Assembly: GCA_027319565.1 (NCBI GenBank)
Contig: DAHVNA010000022.1
Coordinates: forward strand, 1 to 34,935
Direction of reading: 5' to 3'
DNA length: 34,935 bases
Source of the DNA: Elusimicrobiota bacterium
GTDB taxonomy: Bacteria; Elusimicrobiota; Elusimicrobia; UBA1565; UBA9628
Below are positions 10,056 through 16,049 of this stretch, piece after piece. The notes below the pieces were generated by a model. It was given only the letters and a program-made list of their open reading frames with translations, was not told the DNA's origin and ran no database searches. Every line of letters begins with the position of its first letter. The stretch's first letter is position 1. The translations under genes and the position numbers were made by a program.

Positions 10056-10274
10056 GCGAGAAGTTTTTAAAGCCCATCTCTCGACGGAAACACTGAAAAT
10101 TCCAGCGCTTTTTTATTTCGCTTTGCGCCTCCGACCGCCCCAATGTTCGCAGTGAAAGCGAACTTGTGAAGTAGTAAGAACTGCGCGTTCACAAAGAACC
10201 AGGTCCAACGGTTATAGTCTAGCAGACGATCCGGCTTGGCGCAAGTTTTGGCGCGGGTTCCCCATCGCTAGGGC

Positions 10275-10330
10275 TGGCACAGTAGTTTGACACAGCTTGG
10301 CACAGTAAATTGGCACAGCTTGTCACAGTA
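10275..10330. repeat. 23-bp tandem repeat (about 2.4 units) built from five TG(G/A/T)CACAG octamers
   Basis: tggcacagtagtttgacacagct / tggcacagtaaattggcacagct / tgtcacagta; overlaps the fic stop codon. Confidence 0.85.
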
Positions 10331-11375
10331 CCGGCTCGTAGTGCTTGGTCGGGTCCGTTGGCCCGCTGGCCACTTCCTTTGCCAGCCCCTTCTCCACGAG
10401 TAGTTTGAGGTCACGCTGCAACGTGCGTCGAGGCTGCTTGAGCGCCTTCTCGCATTCAGCGATGGTTCCCTTGCCTTGATCCAAGAGAAACGCGAAGACG
10501 GCTAGTGGCCGATCCCTAAGGCCGGACTTGCGGGCCTTCGCGACGATCACGTCCCTGCGGATCACCTTCTCGCCGCGCTCTTGAACCTCGCGCATCTGAG
10601 TGGCCAAGCCGTCCGTGAAGTATTCGAGCCAGCCCGTCAGGTCCATACCATGCTCGCGCACACCTTGAATTGCCTTGTAGAAGCCGGTCCGGTCGCGGTC
10701 ATAGAACTCGCTGATCGTGAACAGGCGCTTGAAGTCGTAGCCTTTCCGGTAGAGGCAGAGCGTCGAGAGCAACCGCGATGTCCGGCCGTTGCCATCGTTG
10801 AACGGATGGATGTGCACGAGCTGAAACTGAGCGATGCCAGCTTCGAGGACCGGATTGACCCCATGCTCGGCGCGAAGCCAGCTGACCAACTCAGCCATCA
10901 AGCTTGGAACCTCAGCTGCGGGTGGCGGCGTGTAGATGATCTTCTTTGTTACCGAATTGGCGACATAGTTCTGGCCCTTGCGGTATTCGCCGGGCGACGC
11001 CGTATTTCCTCGGACACCTTCTACGAGGCGCTTGTGAATCTCGCGGAGGAGCGCTTCGGTGATCATTTCTCCGCTATCGAGGTATTCCGTCACGAGATCG
11101 AAGGCCGATCTATAGTTCAATAGTTCACGCGTGTCATCGGGGTCCGCGCCAGAAACCTTCTTGCCAGCGAGGAGCTTCTCTGATTCCTCCAACGTAAGGT
11201 GCGTTCCCTCGATGTGAGTCGTATGGTGCGCTTCGAGAACGAGAGCGCGGTTCTGCATTTCCGCGATCCAGTCTTCGGAGAGTTTGGCCGCGTCCAAAAA
11301 GCCGCGCGCGCGCTCGATCTTGGTCAGACCGGCGGCGATGGCGTTTGTGATCGTGAACTTTGGAGAGAAGATCAT
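10323..11375 (-). CDS. Fic family protein (class II-like) with C-terminal HTH
   Basis: [12 protein letters not shown]ic motif; TTHIEG inhibitory (S/T)xxxE(G/N) motif; C-terminal [19 protein letters not shown]. Likely start ATG 11375 (MIFSPKF, ATGA overlap with the upstream ORF); the ORF track starts at 11411. Confidence 0.92.
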   Translation of the reverse strand: MIFSPKFTITNAIAAGLTKIERARGFLDAAKLSEDWIAEMQNRALVLEAHHTTHIEGTHLTLEESEKLLAGKKVSGADPDDTRELLNYRSAFDLVTEYLDSGEMITEALLREIHKRLVEGVRGNTASPGEYRKGQNYVANSVTKKIIYTPPPAAEVPSLMAELVSWLRAEHGVNPVLEAGIAQFQLVHIHPFNDGNGRTSRLLSTLCLYRKGYDFKRLFTISEFYDRDRTGFYKAIQGVREHGMDLTGWLEYFTDGLATQMREVQERGEKVIRRDVIVAKARKSGLRDRPLAVFAFLLDQGKGTIAECEKALKQPRRTLQRDLKLLVEKGLAKEVASGPTDPTKHYEPVL

Positions 11376-11803
11376 TCCAGTGTTTGAAAGTGGTCGATGT
11401 GTGTGCCCCACGAAACATCGATGGTATGCTTTTTAATTTCTTGGCCTAACTTCGTTCGGATCGCGCGAATAGCGTTGTATTCCCAAAACACGGCATAGAC
11501 ATTGCTCGCAGATTCAAGAAGGTCGGGGCCTTTCGATGTCGATTCTAAACGAGACCTTACCGCTTTGCTAAACTGCGAAATAGTGGCGAGGTGCGCTAAA
11601 TCGCCCACTGTAAGACGACGTTCCTGCATGGCTTGAAGTTGATTAATCTCTTCTTTAGAATCAAACATGCGATTGCTCCATAATTTGATTTTACCTTTTC
11701 CTAGATATGTTGGTTTATTTGCGGTTTGATGGTTGTCTCCGCTTCTTATATGTGATAAAATCTTTCTGCGGGGTAGAGCAGCCTGGTAGCTCGCAAGGCT
11801 CAT
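11372..11803 (-). CDS. Hypothetical protein or 5'-truncated gene upstream of fic
   Basis: 143-aa frame whose stop overlaps the fic ATG (ATGA). The first 25 codons are antisense tRNA/promoter, so the true start is uncertain (alternative: MFDSKEE). Confidence 0.45.
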   Translation of the reverse strand: MSLASYQAALPRRKILSHIRSGDNHQTANKPTYLGKGKIKLWSNRMFDSKEEINQLQAMQERRLTVGDLAHLATISQFSKAVRSRLESTSKGPDLLESASNVYAVFWEYNAIRAIRTKLGQEIKKHTIDVSWGTHIDHFQTLE

Positions 11804-11807
11804 AACC
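11728..11807 (+). repeat. 80-bp direct repeat, copy 2 (promoter and 5' half of the intact tRNA)
   Basis: Identical to 9976-10055. Confidence 0.97.
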
Positions 11808-11840
11808 TTGAGGTCGCTGGTTCAAATCCAGCCCCCGCAA
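11767..11840 (+). tRNA. tRNA-Met(CAT), initiator type (tRNA-fMet); CCA not encoded
   Basis: Full cloverleaf: TGCGGGG/CCCCGCA acceptor, GAGC/GCTC D stem (A11-U24, an initiator hallmark), CAAGG-CTCATAA-CCTTG, GCTGG-TTCAAAT-CCAGC. Confidence 0.95.
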
Positions 11841-13524
11841 TGTTTTTAGCGGAAGGGTCCGGAAAGTCGAAAGCGCCTATTGGCCTTTCGGCTTTTTTTT
11901 CTTCGATTAATGGAAATTTAAAAAAATGAAAATCAATTTTCATTTTTTCAGGATCGACTTCCCCGTGGTGAAGAAACGCGCGAATAAGGGCCTTGCGCTC
12001 TTCTACGTTGCCCGTAGAAATAACTTGATCTAGATTTTGGAGATGAGCTAGAATCTTTTCCGGAGACCCGTCAGAATAGACTTGATTTCTTTTACACTCT
12101 TGACGACTTTCCTCCATTGCCTGCTCTAAACTTTTTTTCTTTGTTTCTAAATCAGACAACTCGCGCTTGAGAGAGTCTGATATCATTCCAGACTTTATGG
12201 CATTTATAATGTTTGCGATTTCTGTTTCGGTTTCAAGAATTTTTTTAGAAATGGCCTCCTGCCTATTTCCCGATATTTCTGGATCGTGTCGCGCGTTAAG
12301 AGCTTCTTTAATATATTGACGCAAGCGTTCAATGCAGTTATGTTGAGAGACAAATTCTTTGATTTCTGAGACAACAAACTTTTCGATGTAATCCGTCTTT
12401 ATTGAATAAGATTTACAAACATACTGCCCGCCCGAATGATATCCGCCGCAAATATAGTAGGGCGTTCTTGATGTTTTATGCACTCGAGCCGCGCCTTGGT
12501 AGTTATGATTGCATCGAACGCAGCGCATTAACCCTGACAGAAGATACGGGCTATGATAGATGCGGCCTTGGCCCAGTTTTCGCGTTTTAAATCTGGATTG
12601 AACGCGAAAAAATAATTCCTTGTCAATCAAAGGCTCGTGAGCATTCTCGCAAATAATTAAATCCTCTTTTGGCTTGTTCCTTATCTGGCCCCCATTCCAT
12701 CTGCGTTCATGAAAATTCCTCTGATTGTAAACTCGATCCCCGATGTAAGCCCGATTCTTCAGTATTTCCCGGACCATCGATTTACCCCATGTTCCGTTTT
12801 TTGGAGAAGGAATTTTTTCGCAATTAAGGGTATCCGTAATAGTCCAAAGACCAATTCCGCGATCAAACAAGTTAAAAATCCTTTTTACGACATCAATTTT
12901 TTCGGAATCGCCCTTGACCCATTTAACATGTTGGAGCTTGTCCGCCTTGTGCTCGCCAGGATTTAATTTTTTAATGGAGTTGCCGGCGGCATCCACTAAA
13001 AGGCGGTCGTACCCATAGGGAGCGCGGCCGCCGCAACTTCTTCCCAGCGCGGCATGAGTTTTTGACCCGCGAAGGGTATCCTGCGAGAGGCGGACGCTGT
13101 ATTGATGAGCCTGATCATGTTTGGCGACTTTGAGAATCGTATCGCCTAGTGATCCATCGTTTTTGAAATCATCTTTGACATAAACGACAGATATTCCATG
13201 TCGCTTAAAGTGTTGCTCCCAGTAGATTTTCGCCTCGGAGTTTAGCCGCCCGAAACGGCTGACATCATAGACGATCAAAAAAGAAACCCCATGATTTCGC
13301 GACTCGGCCAATCGCACCATCTCTTGAAACGCCGAATCTCGCTCAATGCTCACGCCGGAAGCGTATGTTCTTTCTGGGATAAATTCGCGGACAATTGAAA
13401 ATTTATTATCAGCGGCAAATTTCTCGCATTCTTTTTTCTGATCATCGAGAGAAACCTCTTGTTTATTCGTTGAGCGCCGATAAAAAGTCCATGCCTTAGT
13501 CTTCATTAATTGATTTTGCACCAT
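11800..13524 (-). CDS. Large serine recombinase (integrase)
   Basis: YRRSTNKQ (catalytic Ser), YDVSRFGR, GGRAPYGY, recombinase domain ILKNRAYIG...HEPLI, zinc ribbon LLSGLMRCVRC...YYIC...C, coiled coil; RBS AAGGAG; last codons ([13 protein letters not shown]) are antisense tRNA. Confidence 0.95.
   Translation of the reverse strand: MVQNQLMKTKAWTFYRRSTNKQEVSLDDQKKECEKFAADNKFSIVREFIPERTYASGVSIERDSAFQEMVRLAESRNHGVSFLIVYDVSRFGRLNSEAKIYWEQHFKRHGISVVYVKDDFKNDGSLGDTILKVAKHDQAHQYSVRLSQDTLRGSKTHAALGRSCGGRAPYGYDRLLVDAAGNSIKKLNPGEHKADKLQHVKWVKGDSEKIDVVKRIFNLFDRGIGLWTITDTLNCEKIPSPKNGTWGKSMVREILKNRAYIGDRVYNQRNFHERRWNGGQIRNKPKEDLIICENAHEPLIDKELFFRVQSRFKTRKLGQGRIYHSPYLLSGLMRCVRCNHNYQGAARVHKTSRTPYYICGGYHSGGQYVCKSYSIKTDYIEKFVVSEIKEFVSQHNCIERLRQYIKEALNARHDPEISGNRQEAISKKILETETEIANIINAIKSGMISDSLKRELSDLETKKKSLEQAMEESRQECKRNQVYSDGSPEKILAHLQNLDQVISTGNVEERKALIRAFLHHGEVDPEKMKIDFHFFKFPLIEEKKAERPIGAFDFPDPSAKNIAGAGFEPATSRL
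11823..11841 (+). repeat. 19-bp att repeat at the island left end (within the tRNA 3' end)
   Basis: CAAATCCAGCCCCCGCAAT, identical to 25835-25853. Confidence 0.95.
11863..11900 (+). terminator. Intrinsic terminator downstream of the tRNA, supplied by the island
   Basis: AAAGTCGAAAG-c-GCC-tatt-GGC-CTTTCGGCTTT with a T8 run; lies inside the recombinase CDS on the antisense strand. Confidence 0.75.
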
Positions 13525-13669
13525 TCATTTCTCCTTTGCCAGCAATGTCATAGCGAACCAACATTTGCGCTAAAATCCTAAGCCCATCATCCAAGCAAGA
13601 ATCTTCCAGTTCGCCATCGAACACGCCATGAAGAAACGGCTCTTCAAATTGCCTTGCGGGGCCAGTCAT
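13496..13669 (-). CDS. Small hypothetical protein (57 aa) directly upstream of the serine recombinase; absent from the ORF track
   Basis: MTGPARQFEEPFLHGVFDGELEDSCLDDGLRILAQMLVRYDIAGKGEMNGAKSINED*; ATGA overlap with the upstream ORF and overlap with the recombinase start. Confidence 0.6.
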   Translation of the reverse strand: MTGPARQFEEPFLHGVFDGELEDSCLDDGLRILAQMLVRYDIAGKGEMNGAKSINED

Positions 13670-13956
13670 GAAAATGGCTCCGTAAGAACGTTAATAGTGT
13701 AATGGGAGAATGTGCTTTTGTCAATATCTTTAAGATATCGATTGAACACCTTAATATATGCTAACCTAGAAACATGTACAAGGTTAAAAATAAATCGGGA
13801 ATGGTAAGTTATTATTTCCGTTTCCCCGTTAAGCTTCACTCTGCGCTGACAAAGAGAGCCAAAGCGGATAGGCGCTCTCTGGTCCAGGAAATAATTTATC
13901 TTCTGGAACGAGCTGTCACCGAAATTAAAACCGGTTAATCCAAAAACCGCGATCAT
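13666..13956 (-). CDS. Hypothetical protein (96 aa)
   Basis: ATGA overlaps at both ends with neighbouring ORFs; no recognisable motif. Confidence 0.45.
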   Translation of the reverse strand: MIAVFGLTGFNFGDSSFQKINYFLDQRAPIRFGSLCQRRVKLNGETEIITYHSRFIFNLVHVSRLAYIKVFNRYLKDIDKSTFSHYTINVLTEPFS

Positions 13957-14168
13957 TTCCCCGCTCCGCTTAAAAGCCGCTCAAATTTCTCGGCGTCAAT
14001 GAGCCAGCGCCTCTTGCCGAATTTGATGGCTGGCAAAAGGCCATCGCGGCAAAAGCGTTGAATCGTTTTAACGCTAAAGCCTAGAGCGTCGGCAACTTCT
14101 TGCGGACTCAACCACACTTTTTCTCCCATGATTTTTATACAGGGCCACTTCAGAAAAAAGTTTTTCAC
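13953..14168 (-). CDS. Excisionase-like HTH DNA-binding protein (HTH_17 type)
   Basis: WLSPQEVADALGFSVKTIQRFCRDGLLPAIKFGKRRWLID; the start may be ATG 14129. Confidence 0.85.
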   Translation of the reverse strand: MKNFFLKWPCIKIMGEKVWLSPQEVADALGFSVKTIQRFCRDGLLPAIKFGKRRWLIDAEKFERLLSGAGK

Positions 14169-14271
14169 TCCCGCAGAGAAATGGGATGGAAAAAGTGCGA
14201 ACCCCTTGAAGGAAGAAAACCGCTCTGTTACCCTTCAGGTGCGGTTAAAAATGACATGGGAGGTTTCAGCA

Positions 14272-14535
14272 ATGAAAAATCTCGATCAACCAACGACGTT
14301 CTTTCTAAAGCCCTACACGATCAGCGTAATCCCGCCAATTGATATCAGGCGGATGAGTTTGGCGCAGGCAAAACGCGTATACAAAAAATCTTATCGCCTG
14401 GCTTTATTGGCGGCAAATTTTGCCCAATCCGACACCAACTGGGGCGTCAGCTTTGATTTTTATCTTCCGCCCGGCATGGAAGTCGAAGATTTGGGAGAAA
14501 ATTTAAGAGAAGGTGAGGCATGGCAAAAAAAATAA
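14272..14535 (+). CDS. Hypothetical protein (87 aa)
   Basis: RBS GGAGGT before ATG 14272 (ORF track frame 14128-14535); overlaps the start of the next gene. Confidence 0.5.
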   Translation: MKNLDQPTTFFLKPYTISVIPPIDIRRMSLAQAKRVYKKSYRLALLAANFAQSDTNWGVSFDFYLPPGMEVEDLGENLREGEAWQKK

Positions 14536-16049
14536 AGGGAGAAAATCGTTCCATCGCGCTGTCAAAATCGCAATGTCTGTTGGGGCTGCAATGCCCCAAA
14601 GCTCTTTGGCTAGCCCGCCACAGGGAAGATATCGCGGCCCCAACTTCTCCCTCCGCTCAAATGCTTTTCGATCAAGGCCATGCAGTGGGACAATTGGCCT
14701 GGAAACTTTTTCCCGGCGGGAGACTTATTTTGCCTAGAAGCACAGGAATGGAAGAAGCGCTCCAATTGACCCAGCAAGCGGTCCAAGACGGCGTTTCCGT
14801 CATTTATGAGGGCGCGGCGCTTTATAACGATGTTTTTATTCGCGCGGATATCCTTGTGCGCTTAAAAGAAAAATCTTGGGAGCTTATCGAGGTCAAATCC
14901 GCTACAGAGGTTCAAGATGTTTTTCTGCAAGACGCCGCGCTCCAGCGTTATGTCCTTGAGGGCGCAGGGTTTAATATCTGTAGGGTCGGAATACTTCTCA
15001 TCAACAATCACTATATCCGACAAGGCGAAATAGATGTTCAGAAGTTTTTTACGCTTCAAGACGTGACGAATGAGACTGCCGCGCTCATTTCACAAATAGA
15101 GGCGCAAACAAAGTCTTTAAAGGAAGTCGCTTCTTCAAAAAAGATGCCTCAAGTGAAAATCGGGCGTCAGTGCGAGAATCCCTATCCATGTTCATTTTAC
15201 GGTTACTGCTGGAAAGAGGTGCCCGAAGGATCGATTTATGAATTAACCCGCCTTTCGGAGAAAAAGCTGGGAGATCTTCAAGCGCGCAAAATCCTCACGC
15301 TTTGCGATATTCCCGATGGATTTAAGCTGAGTCCCTCGCAAAAACTTCAAGTCCAGGCCGCTAAAACAAAACAGCCTCACCTTGAGCGTCAAGCGATCAA
15401 AAAACTCATCGCCGAATTGAATTACCCCATTTACTTTCTTGATTTTGAAACGCTTGGCCCGGCTATTCCGCTGTATGATGGGATGAAACCCTACCAGGCC
15501 CTGCCGTTTCAGGCTTCTCTTCATATTCAGGATTACCCCGGCGGAGATATAAAACATCTTGAGTATCTGGGTGACGGAAGAAGCGATCCGCGCCCTGGAC
15601 TGGTTCAATTTCTATGCAAAAACATCGGACCCAAGGGGTCCGTAATCGCCTACAACAAAAGCTTTGAAGCTCGTTGCTTAAATGACCTAGCTGATGCATT
15701 CCCAAAGGAGGCTAAGTGTCTTATTGGAATCAAAGACCGCTTGTGGGATTTGGACGATCCATTTCAAAGAGGATTTTACGTTCACCCGCAATTTCACGGA
15801 AGCTGGTCCATCAAGGCGGTCTTGCCGGTCATCGCGCCTGAACTAAGCTATGAAGATTTAACCATTAGAGGCGGCACGGAAGCCCAGGTGGCGTATCTTG
15901 AGATGATGCGGCCGGACGTGTCCTCTGAGAAAAAAGCTCAAATTGCCGCCGATTTGCATAAATATTGCGGTCGTGACACCTTCGGCATGGTCAAGATTCT
16001 GGAATTTTTGAGATGCGCGGTCAATGATTCGACTCTGATGAAATTATGA
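14520..16049 (+). CDS. DUF2779-family nuclease (Cas4/RecB-like PD-(D/E)xK domain plus RNase H-like domain)
   Basis: LSKSQ...QCPKALWL, RADIL...IEVKS, QCENPYPCSFYGYCW Cys cluster, FLDFET, AYNKSFE, SIKAVLP, YCGRDT. Confidence 0.88.
   Translation: MAKKIKGENRSIALSKSQCLLGLQCPKALWLARHREDIAAPTSPSAQMLFDQGHAVGQLAWKLFPGGRLILPRSTGMEEALQLTQQAVQDGVSVIYEGAALYNDVFIRADILVRLKEKSWELIEVKSATEVQDVFLQDAALQRYVLEGAGFNICRVGILLINNHYIRQGEIDVQKFFTLQDVTNETAALISQIEAQTKSLKEVASSKKMPQVKIGRQCENPYPCSFYGYCWKEVPEGSIYELTRLSEKKLGDLQARKILTLCDIPDGFKLSPSQKLQVQAAKTKQPHLERQAIKKLIAELNYPIYFLDFETLGPAIPLYDGMKPYQALPFQASLHIQDYPGGDIKHLEYLGDGRSDPRPGLVQFLCKNIGPKGSVIAYNKSFEARCLNDLADAFPKEAKCLIGIKDRLWDLDDPFQRGFYVHPQFHGSWSIKAVLPVIAPELSYEDLTIRGGTEAQVAYLEMMRPDVSSEKKAQIAADLHKYCGRDTFGMVKILEFLRCAVNDSTLMKL

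Larger units (their letters stand above)
9976..11807. mobile_element. 1,752-bp Fic-carrying insertion bounded by 80-bp direct repeats; no recombinase of its own
   Basis: Repeat pair 9976-10055 and 11728-11807; cargo is a fic gene that looks more GC-rich than the flanks plus one unknown ORF. Confidence 0.7.

Noticed and set aside
10048..10186. Minus-strand frame ending ...GFKNFSRL*, echoing the integrase end GFEPATSRL*
   Set aside because: Only about 46 codons, with no RBS or recombinase similarity. The shared end is partly forced by the tRNA repeat, and the DNA does not fold as a T arm.
10203..10322. Integron attC site downstream of fic (GTTGGAC on the minus strand)
   Set aside because: Only the GTTRRRY half is present; I found no complementary RYYYAAC box between it and the fic stop.
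10275..10330. CRISPR array or sigma54 promoter (TGGCAC)
   Set aside because: Units are 8 bp with 2-5 bp gaps and no unique spacers. No TTGC lies at the correct distance from TGGCAC.
10581..11123. 180-aa plus-strand ORF, and similar antisense ORFs inside feoB, the R-M genes, tgt, the PLD gene and ftsH
   Set aside because: They lie wholly within well-supported genes on another frame or strand and show no motifs.
10015..11840. Intron-containing tRNA-fMet (group I intron in the anticodon loop)
   Set aside because: The break is after nt 41, not after U33. The downstream copy is already a complete tRNA with its own promoter, and no group I core is evident.
14520..16049. Cas4 of a CRISPR-Cas system
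   Set aside because: The Cas4-like domain is fused to a DUF2779/RNase H-like domain, and no cas1/cas2 or array is present in the window.
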